From positions 409,114 to 473,113 of the forward strand of contig NW_003314263.1 of the NCBI RefSeq assembly GCF_000143415.4: DNA of 64,000 nucleotides, given 5' to 3'. The notes beneath the pieces were generated by a model, which saw only the letters and a list, made by a program, of their open reading frames with translations, did no database searches and had not been told where the DNA came from. Shown here piece by piece: positions 39,280 to 53,100 of this stretch (position 1 is its first letter; each line of letters starts with the position of its first letter). The stretch comes from Selaginella moellendorffii. Taxonomy: Eukaryota > Plantae > Lycopodiophyta. The translations under genes and the position numbers were made by a program.

Positions 39280-39478
39280 CTCGCCCAGCCAAAAACCCTC
39301 GCGCGATGCAAACCCTAAAAATGGCCGCGGGGAGTGGAAAATAAACAGCAATAAGATCCAACGGCGGGGGTTACGGGCTCCACTTTTGAATCAAAAGGCG
39401 CAACGAGATGAAAGGTCGCGATTGTTTTCCATCGTAACCGTGGGTATAGGCCATCCTGGCCGTTGAAAGCTTTCAACA

Positions 39479-41767
39479 ATGGCGGCAATTGGCGCGGCGC
39501 TGCCAAACGCGAGAGAGGAAGAAGATTCTCTCGCGGGGAGAATACGATCTTGTGGAAACTCCAGAGATTTGTGCGCAGGGAAGAGAATCCATAGCCTAGT
39601 TCTCAGTAGCTCTTACTCTCAGAGCCGGTATCTAGCGAATCTTTTGGTGGAGATGTACGGTAAGTGCCGGAGTCTCGAGGATGCCCAAGAAACCTTTCGA
39701 AAGATCTCTGATCGAAACGTTTTTTCTTGGAATCTTATGATCAGAGTGTTCGTTGAGAATGGGAATCTTACAGAAGCACAGAATCTCTTCGAGAAGATGC
39801 CGGAGAGAGATGCTGTGTCGTGGACAACTTTGATAACCGCATATGCCCAAAGTGGTGATGTTGTAGCTGCGCGAGTGTTGTTTGATCAGAGCCCTTGTTC
39901 TAATGTGGTGATGTGGACGGCGATGATCGCGGCTTATTCTCAGTCTGGGAAGCTTAGCGAGTGCCAGGATTTGTTTAAGGAAATGGCACAGCGAGACACT
40001 ATTTCATGGAACTCTATGATCCAAGCATATGCCCAAAAAGGTCTTGTCAAGGAGGGTTTAGAGTTATATGATGCGATGCCAGAACACTCCGTTGTATCAT
40101 CCAACACTTTAATCGCGGCACTTGGAAAATCGCACCAAGTTGACAAAGCAAGAGAAATATTTGATCGGATGCACAGGAGAGACCTATCCACCTGGGTGGC
40201 GATTATTCAAGCATATGCCCCGGTTGATCTGGATGAATGTGAAACTCTTTTTAACAAAATGCCGGAACATAGCCAGGAGATATGTGATTTTCTTGTTTCT
40301 GCTTACGCCTCGAAGAAATATAATAGAAAAGCCATAAACTTTTTGAATAATTTGGATCAAAGCTCTTGTAGAGAACATTCACCATGGTACATTTTAATAC
40401 GTGAAGTTTCAAACGCTGGAAAACTGCATGACGCTAGGCTCATTTTTAACAACATTATCAATCCCAGTTTGCGAACATGGACTTGTATGATCACCGCATA
40501 TGCTCAACACGGGTATTTGGAGGAATGTTGGAATTTGTTCTTTAACAGGTTGCCTGAATGGGATTCTTTAGTGTGCACAATTGTCTTGCAAACCTTCTCT
40601 AACGTTCAAGTTGAAAAGGCCAAGGCATTGTTTGACATGATACCTGAGCCGGATCTCATAGCATACACTTCAATGTTAACTTCATATGCTCAAAGCAATC
40701 AACTTGACAAAGCAAAAGCATTGTTTGACAAGATGCCCGAATACAACGCCGTGTCTTGGAATATCCTATTGAGGGCATATGCTCAAAATGGAAACCTCCA
40801 TGAAGCAAAGGAGATGTTTGAAGAAATGCCTCACTGGACAATAGTTTCATGGAACACCATGCTTGCAGCATATGCCCAAAGTGGCAAACTTGTAGATGCC
40901 GAAATGATGTTTGACAGAATTCCAGATCCTGATCTAGTGTCTTTCACAACGATGATTGAAGCTTATGCTAGCAACAACGAGCTTGAGCGAGCGTGTTTCT
41001 TGTTTGGTAGATTAGTGGACCATGATTTAGTGTGTTCTACTGCAATGATTCGAGCATTTTCTTTGCATGGTCACATTGACCATGCTGCAGGGATTTACAA
41101 TGACATTCCTAGCCACCATGATGTAGTATCAAACACTACCATGCTCTTGGCATATGCTGAAAATGGGCATATTCACGAGGCAAGAAGAATCTTCGACTCC
41201 ATGCCAGAAAAGAATCTAGTAGTGTGGAACACAATGCTTGCGGCATATTCCCATCTTGGGAATCTTCACGATGTCACAATTCTCTTTAAAGCCATGCCCA
41301 GCCATGACACAATTTCTTGGAACACTATAATCAATACAAATGCCCAGATGGGAAACTTGATCCTGGCCCTTGATCTAGTGGCCCTCTTGGCACTCAACGG
41401 CCTCTATTGTGACGCACAGACGTTCTCCAGCATGTTTCATGCCTGTAGCTATGCTGGAAAAGCCAGCATTGGTAGAAAAAAATTTATTCTTCTCCAAGAT
41501 GCCTGGAATCTAGCTCCCACAGTGGAGCACTACTCGTACATGGTGGCCATTCTTTGCAAGTCCGGACAGCTCCAAGATGCCGAGGATCTTCTCCTCACAA
41601 TGCCGTACATCCCAAACGACGTGGCGTGGACGACGCTGCTAGCGGCGTCTAGGATATCCAGCGGCGTGCGGCAGGCGGAATGTGCGGCGGCATATTCCGT
41701 CGTGCTGGAGCCACGGAGATCTGCATCCTATGTGTTGCTGTCCAGCGTGTACGGAGGGCAAAGCTAG
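39479..41767 (+). CDS. PLS-class pentatricopeptide repeat protein with partial E domain, no DYW (762 aa)
   Basis: Repeated VSWxxMLxAYAQxG..A..FDxMP motifs. C-terminal PTVEHYSYMVAILCKSGQL..MPYIPNDVAWTTLL..SASYVLLS. Confidence 0.93.
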   Translation: MAAIGAALPNAREEEDSLAGRIRSCGNSRDLCAGKRIHSLVLSSSYSQSRYLANLLVEMYGKCRSLEDAQETFRKISDRNVFSWNLMIRVFVENGNLTEAQNLFEKMPERDAVSWTTLITAYAQSGDVVAARVLFDQSPCSNVVMWTAMIAAYSQSGKLSECQDLFKEMAQRDTISWNSMIQAYAQKGLVKEGLELYDAMPEHSVVSSNTLIAALGKSHQVDKAREIFDRMHRRDLSTWVAIIQAYAPVDLDECETLFNKMPEHSQEICDFLVSAYASKKYNRKAINFLNNLDQSSCREHSPWYILIREVSNAGKLHDARLIFNNIINPSLRTWTCMITAYAQHGYLEECWNLFFNRLPEWDSLVCTIVLQTFSNVQVEKAKALFDMIPEPDLIAYTSMLTSYAQSNQLDKAKALFDKMPEYNAVSWNILLRAYAQNGNLHEAKEMFEEMPHWTIVSWNTMLAAYAQSGKLVDAEMMFDRIPDPDLVSFTTMIEAYASNNELERACFLFGRLVDHDLVCSTAMIRAFSLHGHIDHAAGIYNDIPSHHDVVSNTTMLLAYAENGHIHEARRIFDSMPEKNLVVWNTMLAAYSHLGNLHDVTILFKAMPSHDTISWNTIINTNAQMGNLILALDLVALLALNGLYCDAQTFSSMFHACSYAGKASIGRKKFILLQDAWNLAPTVEHYSYMVAILCKSGQLQDAEDLLLTMPYIPNDVAWTTLLAASRISSGVRQAECAAAYSVVLEPRRSASYVLLSSVYGGQS

Positions 41768-41848
41768 GGTTTATCCACATGCGGAAGAAGCGCGCCTGGA
41801 GGAATCGAGGAGGGATTGCGAGGTGAGTCTAGGGAGCTGGCCGGGCGC

Positions 41849-43668
41849 CATGGGATCGAGCTCAGCAGCGCTGGAGAAAATGATTGACGGTATGGCCTGG
41901 GTTTTAGGAAATTTTTCCTCTAGAGGAGCTGGTTACTGCGCGAGGAAATGCCTGTCGGCCTGTTCTCCTGGAAGAAGCGTTTGCTATGCTTGCCTAGGCT
42001 ATGCTTTTGGTTTTCTGTGAATGCCGATTGTAGTGCTTGGTTTCTAGAAGAACTTGTTGGCTTAGAAGCATAGAAGCTGAACTGATCCTGCGACTTTCTA
42101 GCTTGAGTAGTCTATGCTTTTGGTTGTTCTGTGAATGCCGATTGTAAGTAGTGCTTGTTTTTCTAGAAGGAACGTTTGCTTGCCTTTGCTTGTCTCTAGA
42201 TAATCCTTGTGTTTGTTCTTCTGTTTTGTTTTGATTCTGCAAAAGGCAATGCTTCCAACTTTGGGTCTTCATTGTTTTGGAAAAAATGACACAGGTGACC
42301 CGGATGCAGTACATATTATTTCCACTTTGTCATGCCAGCATAACACAAGCGTCCATGATGCGGCAGACACCTCTGAAAGCTCTCCATCTCCGTAAGTCAT
42401 AAAGTCGTGAGCGTGAGATTTTTATGATCCAAGCGTTGCTGTCCATGCGCAGCTCAAAGCCTGCGGTACAGTGGAGTGTTTTCAAGGTAACCTCTTGCGT
42501 TTTGTGGACCTTAATGTAGCTGGCGTTTGCAGGACGCAGATGTTGACGCCGAGGACAAGTCAGAATCCCGGAAGCTCGAGATGCTCAAGGTTTTGCAGTC
42601 TAGAGAGTGTGTCAAGCTCGAGCCTCTCGTTCTCAACAGGGATTCCTTCACAGAAACGGCTGCCAATATATTGACGCTGTCTGTCTTGGTGAAGGATGGC
42701 CTAGCACAAGTGAGGCTTGCCAGTGATCAGAGCTACATTATTGGTATGCACTGGGAATTGCAAAGATGGCTTACTGACCTCATGTTATGTGTAGTTCCGA
42801 GACGTACTACTGACGCTGCGCTGAAGGATGATGATACGAAATCTATATTCCAGCTAAATTATAAGGATTGGGAGGTCAGCCAGTTCTTTTCCACCAGGTT
42901 TTATGTAACCATGGAGCTTAAAAGTAACTTTTTTCTCCAGTCGATGCGGAAGCAAGTACAAGCTTCTGAAGAGCTGATGGCGCACGAAAATGCTCCGTTC
43001 AAGTGGCCTGCGGTGATTCCTAAAGGCATACGGCAAAAAGCCAGGAGGAGGAGGACTTGTTTCAAGCCGGGGGACGGAACTCTGGCACAAGCTGAGAATC
43101 GAAACGAAGAAGGTGCCACCAGCAGTGCCGATCCGGAACTATCAGCTCCCGGTTATCAGGATTTTAAGCCCCATAAAGCTCTTCTAACGTACTCGAGGAG
43201 ACGAGAGAAGCGGAGGGCCATCCCTGGACAAGCAGACCCAAAGGAAATGCTGGTGAAGCGGTACACCAGGCGGGTCCTCAATGGCGAGATCTACGTTGAG
43301 AAGACGTTTGTTTTCCAAGAGCTGGTTCCAACGAAGAAGCCCAAGGTGGAAGCGGAGGGATTGTTTGAGACACCAAAGCAGAGGAGGCAGCCTGGACTCT
43401 ATACCCCGGTTTCTACATCCACGTCCACTGGAGAAGGATGCACTCTTGCAGTATACACCAAAGCAGCGCTCGAAGGTGAGTGGGCTATCGGGATTGATTT
43501 TTTGGGACTGAGTATCTCGTTTTTTCAGGTGTAGAAAGCGGTGATGCGATGATCATAGCTCCAAAGAGGTTTAAGAAATCTTCCGGACTGCGTCCTCGTC
43601 ACGTTGCCATAGCTCAGATCAAAGCGAAGCTCAAAGCCTTGCTAAACAAGCAAGCTCCTCTAAAGTGA
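41849..43668 (+). CDS. NSE4 (SMC5/6 kleisin) C-terminal-domain-containing protein, multi-exon; start uncertain
   Basis: VKLEPLVLNRDSFTETAANILTLSVLVKDG and IFQLNYKDWE..EELM resemble the plant Nse4 C-terminal domain. Introns at ~42743-42793, 42874-42940 and 43476-43528. Stop TGA at 43666-43668. Confidence 0.65.
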
Positions 43669-43849
43669 CTATTCTGTAAATTCTCATATACTCACCATGT
43701 AAATTTGAATTGTTTTTAACTTGCTAAACATCCACCTTTATCTGGCATCTTTAATACTCTTAAAGGTATCCTTTAAATGTATACGGTTTTCTAATAAGCC
43801 TATATCTTGCTCATAGTTGATGAAAACATTTAAGTGTTCAATATATAGC

Positions 43850-44045
43850 ACTGTATCTCTGTATAAACTATTATTAATCTCCAAACAGACATGAGCATTG
43901 CCCAAACTCGTGCATTTTCCATAGAGGTTGAGGTTAGTGTATCATGGGATCGCTTGCTCATAACTGGAGTCGAGAACTCTCCCAACTTTAAGCGATGCCA
44001 CCTTCGTGTAAGTGTCGAGTGCGTTGACAAAGGTGATGGTGTTCC
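43850..44045 (-). pseudogene. PPR gene fragment
   Basis: Reads NTITFVNALDTYTKVASLKVGRVL...*..NLNLYGKCTSLGNAHVC..RDTV, with an in-frame stop. Confidence 0.55.
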
Positions 44046-45005
44046 AGATCCATCTTTGTAAAGAGCTGGAGAGCTTTGCTCCTTGATCGATTTGGTTTAT
44101 ATGGCTTGGTAGATCGATTTTCTTGCAACTGGCTTCAAAGGAAGGTTCCAGCCATCATACATGCTTAATAAACAATGGCACTAGTTTGTTCAGTGGCATT
44201 CAAGGCAATACTTGCACCATATTTATAAGAAAATGAGGTTGAGGAGTGAATGTTCATGTTTCTTGTCTGTAAACCAAACTTCCCAGTCTTTGGATATGGA
44301 TATCATCTCCTTAGGTGTGTGGCCCAAGTAAGCCATTATTTTTACTGTACAAGAGACTTGGCAGTTAAGAGATTAGGAATGAGTTAATTAGAAGATGGAA
44401 AATTTAGTCACTTACAATTTATGAGTCAAAAAGCCAGTGATTTAGGGCTTTGGTTAAATCCACCATAGGCTCCAATTTTAGGATGTTGGCAGTCTTGCTA
44501 TAGACCAGATCTCCTTCACTTGAGGAACATACATCAATAAACTCTTTGGTTGCTGTTTGAGCCTTGATTTTAAAAATTTATATCATGGGGAGATATGTGA
44601 TATCCCTCATTTGCTCTGGCAACTTTCATTGCCTCTAGAGCCTCCATCTCCACAACTGCACGGATCAATACCACCTTCACTCAGGAACTGCTCAATGCTC
44701 ACAGATTGAGGAGTGATTAAGAGAATTCGGTCATGCAAGGAGAGAAGCCAAAGAGCTCTACGACCAAGTTCAACACAATCTTTGTCAATTGAGTCTAGCA
44801 CAGGTGCAATCTAGAGCTGCTCGCACTGCATCCTTTTGTTTAGGATTATGCCAACTCATTATTATAAATTTATAGACTGTTCTAGTGTATTATTTTCAAT
44901 TATTTTTAAGTTTCTAAAATATATAATAAATTATGATTTTTATTATTGTACTATAACAATAATTTAAAGTTTAATATGACTATATAGGATATTAATGTAA
45001 TTTCT

Positions 45006-48000
45006 ATATGTGAGTACATGGAATATGGAAAGGGAATACAGAAAATGTGCATATCAATTAGCCCAAAAACCTTAGCTTATATACATGAACGAGTGGTCCA
45101 AATTAAAACTAATCCAATAGTTACCAAAATCCCACTATGTTAATATTAGTATACAGCATCGTAGCTATACACTTGGACCTCATATCATCCCTTCCTCTTG
45201 GAATAATGGAAGATCATTAAAGTTCTCTCGTAGATGAGCTAGGATTTAAAAGAACATTAGGAGGAGGCATTGGTGGATCTGTAGGTAGTACTAGTTGTTC
45301 CTGATCCCTTTGTACGAAGCATTTTAATTGCTACATATGCATAATTTCTAGAGATTGGCTTACTGAACCTTATGCTAAACCTTATAAACTTGTGATCCAA
45401 CTTATTACAACACTCGATATGATTCTTTCCACTGAGTAAAGAACCCCTTAGATAAACCATGTACCATAAGATGGGGAAAATGGACTAACACCAAGTCATC
45501 CACTTTGTACTCTCCCGGTGGACGATGATGGGAGTTGTAGTGTTGTTGTTGTCCCACTTATACGTGGCCCAGGTGTTTGGCAAACTCTACTAGACAAGTG
45601 GAAGAATGCTTGTCAAATACTGATCCCACGACCTAGCATTGGTAGCTCGTGGCAATCATTGAAGGTATACCAACTATGTTGGTAATATTGGATCATGACT
45701 ATATAGGAATTATATGGTGAAACACTAATATAACTCTACACCTCTGTGATATATGCATACTAAAGAGACAACAAATACCCATCTCAATCCAAATGTTAAA
45801 AGTTCACATAATTTGTGATCATCCCTTTGAATGTTTAAATGAGCTATTCCACCAAACCATCTGACTGTGGATGATAAGCATTCGTGAAAGTGTGGCATAT
45901 CCCTAACTGAGACGTCAAAACATGAAATGCCTCAGCCATAAATGTGGGACCATTATCTAAAAGAATCCGCTCTAAACAAGAATGCTAGAACACCACTTGG
46001 AAATATTCAATTGCAGTTGCAAAGGTGCTAGCAAGAGCACCAACTTCCACCTAACAAGTCAAGTAGTCAAAAGCAATAATAACATACTCATTGCTAGCAG
46101 TTGATTGTAGAAAAGGTCCCATAAGATCAAATGCCACCAACTCAAACGAACGAGAAATTGCAATTGACTCTAACTGTCCTTCAGTAGCATGAGGGGGAGT
46201 ATTATGACCTTGGGACCAAACGCAGCTATGCATATACCGGATAACATCATGTGGAATCTCCAGCCAATAGAAAGATTTGCATAGTTTCTCAGTCACATGA
46301 CGATGTCCTATATACTTATAGTAGGTTTGGAGGAACCATCGAATAAAGATTGAAGGCACTACCAGCTGTAATGATTATCAGAATCTGTCCCCACAAAATA
46401 AAGAAAACCATCTTCAAGGTGATATTGAGAATGTAAATGCCTGAATGGCAAGTCATTAACAAATTATGCAAGATTCTCAAACCCATCTCGAAACCTTTGA
46501 ATTCATGGCTCAATCTTTTAAGCCTTGCAGACCTCATCAAGAGAAAGTAAATCTTGCTCTGTACCTTGTGAACACTAAACATCAAGTACAGTAACAACGG
46601 ATGGTACAAAATCCTCATCTAGAAAATCCATAGATGCTAGAACAATAGACTCATAAAAAACATGAGATGAGAGCGAAGAGGGAAAAGGAGCTTGAAAAAG
46701 GGTATCAATATCAGTTATAGAACTCCCCGGGGGATGAATAACCTTAAAATTATATATCTAAAGCTTCAAGAGCCACCGAGCAATATGACCAACCAAGTTC
46801 TTTCACTTCAATAATGAAGTAATGGTAGCATGATCACCTTCAAATAATGTTTGAGAACCATGTAAATATATATGAAGTTTCTCGAAACCCTAGACTGCTG
46901 CTAAACACTCCTTCTCTGTCGTGGAATAATTGACCTCTACTGGTTTTAATGTGTAACTTATATATGCAATGGGATGGGGCTGACTAGGCACACTTGGGCT
47001 CTTTTGCATCAACACACCTCCAAGATTAATATCAAAAGCACCTACGCGCAAAATGAAAAGTCGTGTGTAGTCAAGATATGCCAAAACCAGAGGAATCGTC
47101 AAAAGCTCCTTGAGATCCATAAACATCCACTCATAGTTTGCAAACCTCATGACTTCAGCAATGCTCGCAACGGTGCAATGCGATCAAAAAAATTATCCAC
47201 AAAATGACCAAGATATTGCACTTTGCCCGCACATTATTCACACACTTCAGAGTAGGGAACTTTAGAATAGCAATAAGTTTTTCAGGATCAACATGCAAAC
47301 CCTCACAAGAAATACAGTACCCAAGATAAGTCATGTCGTTAGACCTAAACACACACTTTAACCACTTCAGCCTTAAACCAACTTCCAGTAACCGATCTAA
47401 CACTTTACAAATATCACAAACATGTTCCTCCCATGTCCCCTCCAAGTGGATCATGACATCATTAATGAAGTTAATAGTCGCCTCCTGCATATCGCAAAGA
47501 ACCTCATTCATCATCTATTGAAAAGTCACTAGAGCATTGTTCAAACCAAATGGCATCACCAAGAACTCGTATAAACCAAATGGTGTATGAAAAACAATTT
47601 TAGGAATATTTTCTTCGGCCATTGGTACTTGCCAGTACCCAAAAGCAAGATTTAACTTAGTGAACCAACAATTTTTCCCCAGACAATCCTAAAGATCAAC
47701 AATGTGAGGAAAAGGGTATACATTTGAGATCATCACTTCATTTAACGGACGATAGTCAATGCAGAAACAAATACTCTTATCAAGCTTTATCACAAGATGA
47801 GGGTCACATGCCCAAGGACTCCACAACTATTGAATAACACCCTTCTCCAACATCTCCTTGACATTTGCATGTAAAATTTTGATCTCTTTGGGTGACCAAC
47901 GATGAATAAAAACCTTGATTATATGAGCATCCCCAATTGAAATCGGATAATAGGTGGTAATCTTGGCCCCAAATGATAAATCAAATTCAAAAAGATCAAC

Positions 48001-49805
48001 ATACTCCTTCATGAGCTGGTCAACTGCTACAACACAAAGACCATTAGAAGGATTGAAAAAAGGAAAAATGGAACAAAATGGAAACACAAGAGAAAGTAAT
48101 GGGGAGACAAAAGTAATGGAAACAAAAGGACAAAGAGGTATAGAAGTGAGAGGAATTGATGAAATATAAAGAAGTATGAGATAAGGGGGAGAAGCCTCAA
48201 AGTTACACTTCATATGATTGTGCTGCAATTAATCCTTAACTCGGCACCACCTGCAATGACCACAACCCAAGCTTGAAATCACCCATATACACCACTAGGT
48301 CTGCCTCATCCCGTGCACATGCATGTGTACAACTGTTGCCATAAAGAATGAAAATTGGTTTTGCTGCACGACACAAATGTAAACAACAATGTATGGCAAC
48401 ATGTCAAGCAATAGAAGATAAACTCAAATCTGTATTAACCAATACGAAGAGAATAATAGGAGACCTCTTATTATTAAAACAAACTTGGAAAGTAAACATT
48501 GGATGAACTGGTGCTGAGTGAACCCCTTGATGATACTCCCAAAAGAAAAATTAAAGGGTCACTGACTTATTCGTGCAAGGTCCCTCCGTTACTTGTGTGA
48601 CTCCTTATTTCCTAGATGCATTTCGGTGTCCAAACCTTCCACTACAACAGCACCAATAAAATTGATGTCATCAATAATATTGATGCCAAGGTCTCCACCC
48701 AGGAAATGGAGGCTGCCAATCTGGAAAATGCCGACAAGACCAATAAGTGTGACCAACTTCATCATACATTTAGTAGTGAACATCATGGCCATGACCACGT
48801 CCTTGCCCTTGTCCTTGAACTCAAGCAACAACAACATCAGCCTCCATTGGAACAGGACCATCTCCCATATAAAGTAGAGTTGAAGGACGCGCAACAAGAA
48901 GTGGAAAAGGTGACATCTCATAACATTATGCCAAGAAAAAGGCATCATCAAGAGTGGCTGGAGCAAGTGCATGCATAAGTCCTATAAGATCTTGACAAAG
49001 TGTTGGCCACAACATTCCTAGCTTGATCTGCTCCGACATATTTGGCTCCACACAAAGCAAGAGACTTCGCGAATGAACACCAAATTGCATCACCGACTCA
49101 GATGGCCCTTGACAAAGATGATGCAATTGTTGGAAGGCATCATCACAATCGTTGGCATGTCTGAATGTGCATTTGAAGACGTCCAGGAGAATACTTCAAT
49201 CCCTACAAGTGGCTGTGCTCAAACCATTGTACCATTACAACACCATCCCTTGAAGACACGTGGGAAACTCACGCAGATGTCGAGCATCATCCCGAGAATA
49301 ATATGTGGCAATCATCGTGAAGTGATCAAACCAATAGTACACATTATCCCTAGGATTCCCATGAAAGAACTTCGGCAAAATGTGAGGTTGGCACCAAGAG
49401 CAGAAAGAGTTGTACCACATACCATAAATACTATCATCAACTAAGTTTGGTTGTTCAATTGCAATCATATAGCATCAAACAATTACACCAATTATTGCTC
49501 AAAAGTCAAAGGAGGAGGAGACTACTACTCTACCATGAAGATGAATGAAATGGAAAGAACAAAAAAAAAGAAATGAAAAAAACCTAGAAGGAAAGGGAGA
49601 TTTAGATGATACAAAAGATCTAAACCAAAATCCTGAAAGGAAATAACAAAAGAAAGGAAATGAAAAAAACTAGATCTAGACGATGCAAAAGCTAGATTTA
49701 AACCAAATCCAAGCACTCAAGGACAATCACAAGTGCCCCTCACCTCCATCAATATGATTGCATAGAATATAGAAAAGAAATATAAAAAATGTGCATGTCA
49801 ATTAG
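45006..49805 (-). mobile_element. Degenerate Ty3/Gypsy LTR retrotransposon
   Basis: Minus-strand order gag (~48900-49450), RT (MPFGL, FINDVMI), RNase H (PIAYIS..NYSTTEKECLA), integrase (GHRH..FYW..C; FELVAFDLMGP; YHPQSDG). LTR-like homology between ~45006-45062 and ~49749-49805. Confidence 0.85.
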
Positions 49806-50198
49806 GTTTTTACCCTTAATCCTATAGTGATTTACCATAGGATAACTATGAAATGGAACCTTAACCCTCTATATGCCACATGTCACATGCCACATACCAC
49901 ATGTCCAAAGTACAGTAAAGCAAAACCCAAGTTTCAAGGCCTTGTGCCACTGAACGAAGGAATGGAGCTAAACTCCTAAGCATGGAGCCAAAGAGCAAAG
50001 GTACTGGAGCATGGAGTAACTCTCGAGCATACAGCCCAAAAAGCGAAGAGACAGAAGTATGAAGCGACTTGGAACAGTCCTAGAGCATCCAGCATTCCAA
50101 TGCTAGGGCTAACACGCAAAACAGAGCCAAATGGAGTTTAACACTATTTCAGCATACCGTTGGCCTAACGCAAGGATATGGGTATTCTACCAACTAAT

Positions 50199-53100
50199 TC
50201 TAAGCAACTAAATTTTTCATTCTACTTTAATCACTTAACCACACCTCTGACCACTTGGAGGAGTCTCACTCACAACCTCCATAAGTCTTATTCTAGATTT
50301 AGTGACCTGCTAGCCCCAAAAATGGCATCCATGCTACTCAACCATTGCACTTGGTCCAAGTGCTCCACGTGTTCAATCCCATAACCGACACCCCAAGGTA
50401 CCACCGACATATCAGCCCATTACGCTAAGGCCATGCCCATTCACCTTGGTCACACTGGTGGTCTAACACCACTTACATCACAGTCTCATCTCTCAAAGAC
50501 TAGACCATCCATCCATAAGTGATCATCCTAGATCCACTCCTTAGCATCCTTAGGATGCCCGTAGACATGGGGAATAACATTCCCCAATATCACTTTTTCA
50601 GTCCCCACCAAGTACCTTTCTATCCATGGCCGTATTTGCTAACACTGTGTAAGCGATTAAATTTTCCATTCTACTTTAGTCAATTAACCACACCTCTGAC
50701 CACTTGGAGGAGTCTCATTCACAACCTCCTTAAGTCCAATTCAGGACTTGGGACCTGCTAGTCCCGAGAATGGCATCCATGCCACTCATCCCTTGCACTT
50801 GGTCCAAGTGCTCCACATGTCCAGTCCCAAGACCGACAACCAAAGGTACCACTGACATATCGGCCCGTTACGCTAAGGCCATGCCCATTCACCTTTGCTG
50901 CACTAGTGGACCAATACCACTTGCATCACAATCCCGTCTCTCCAAGACTGGGCCGTCCGTCCACGAGTGGTCATCCCAGATCCACTCCTTAGCATCCTTA
51001 GGATGTCCACAGACATGGGGAATAACCTTCCCCAACATCCCTTTGTTAGTTCTTGCCAAGTCCCCTTTCCGTCCATGGCCATATCACCAACACTGCCACT
51101 AGATCAAGGCCCGCAGGCCCGGCCACTAAGTCCCATTGTCCTCTGGGACTTCCTCACCATGTGACCGTATCCATAGTCACTACACTAGAGGATTGCTCCT
51201 CCTCCTTTCCCCCATTTGGGACTTCGGGACAATATTTCGGAACACCGTGGCCCTACGCAAGCCCCGTGGGTACTCTCCCCACCTTCCGCCTTTAGGTGCT
51301 CTAGCCATGGGCTTAGAGTGAGGTTTCGTTGAGCCACACAAGGTATCCAAGTAGGTAGTGCCACCCACACTTGGACTGGGAGCATCGGCCAATCGATCTC
51401 CTGGGGGAACTAGAGCTGGCTCTTGAACACTTCACTAAGCTACCCTGCTTGTCGGTCCGTGTTCACTCTAGTCTTGGACTTCCCAGTGGGCAGCTCATCA
51501 CCCAACACTGGGTCCGGCCTTCCTGGGCCAAACTAGCCTTTCCTGGCCAAACTGGCTCCACTGCAGTCCTCCCCCTTACTATACTTTTGGAGCTCAACAA
51601 ACCCCCCAGGGTCTGGGAGATGAACGCTTTGGGCTTTCACTCTCTCAGACTCGAACTCGGACTCGGCCTCGGCCTCGGTCTCGGTCTTGGTCCTGGTCTC
51701 GGTCTCGGTCTCGGTCCCGGGCTCGGTCTTGGTCCCGGTCTTGACTTCAGACTCCATCTCGGACTCCATCTCGGGTCCGTCTCGGGTCCACCTCGGACTC
51801 CATCTCGGACTCCACCTCGGACTCCATCTTGGACTCCATCTCGGGTCCATCTCGGACTCCATCTCGGACTCCATCTTAGGTCCATCTCGGACTCCATCTC
51901 GGACTCCATCTCGGGTCCATCTCGGACTCCATCTCAGACTCCATCTTGGGTCCATCTCGGACTCCATCTCGGGTCCATCTCGGACTCTATCTCGGGTCCA
52001 TCTCGGACTCCATCTCGGACTCCATCTCGGGTCCGTCTCGGACTCAATCTCGGATCCATCTCGGGTCCACCTCGGACTCCACATCGGACTCCACCTCGGA
52101 CTCCACCTCGGACTCCATCTCGGGGTCCTTCTCGGACACTTCCACGTGTCATGTGTTGGTCCTTTTGGGTCCCTTTTTGGAGCCTTGTTTATTGCTCACT
52201 TTGTGCTCATTCCTCGAGCACTTCGTTGGGAGTTCCACTCCCACTCTCGACCTTTTCAAGTCAGAGCTTTTAGTCCAAATGTGTTACGCTCGTTTAGCTT
52301 TCGCTTCGGCCACTACCACGTGGCACCCTTCCGGCTCCACTTTGGGGCCTAGGGATTTTGTGTCTCACACACTGCCACTGGATCAAAGCCCACAAGTCCG
52401 ACCACTAAGTCCCACGGTCCTTTAGGACTTCCTCACCACATGACTGTAGCCTTGGTCACTACATCAGAGGACTTCTCCTCTTCCTTTCCAAAGTCTAGGA
52501 CTTTGGGACAACGATTCGGAACATTGTAGCCCTATGTGAGCCTTATGGGTACTCTCCCCGCCTTCCTCCTTTGGGTGCTCTAGCCATGGGCTTAGAGCGA
52601 GGTTCCATTAAGCCATGCCAGGTATCCAAGTAGGTAGTGCCACCCACACTTGGACTGGGAGCATCGGCCAATCGATCTCCTGGGGGAACTAGAGCTGGCT
52701 CTTGAACACTTCACTAAGCTACCCTGCTTGTCGGTCCGTGTTCACTCTAGTCTTGGACTTCCCAGTGGGCAGCTCATCACCCAACACTGGGTCCGGCCTT
52801 CCTGGGCCAAACTAGCCTTTCCTGGCCAAACTGGCTCCACTGCAGTCCTCCCCCTTACTATACTTTTGGAGCTCAACAAACCCCCCAGGGTCTGGGAGAT
52901 GAACGCTTTGGGCTTTCACTCTCTCAGACTCGAACTCGGACTCGGCCTCGGCCTCGGTCTCGGTCTTGGTCCTGGTCTCGGTCTCGGTCTCGGTCCCGGG
53001 CTCGGTCTTGGTCCCGGTCTTGACTTCAGACTCCATCTCGGACTCCATCTCGGGTCCGTCTCGGGTCCACCTCGGACTCCATCTCGGACTCCACCTCGGA

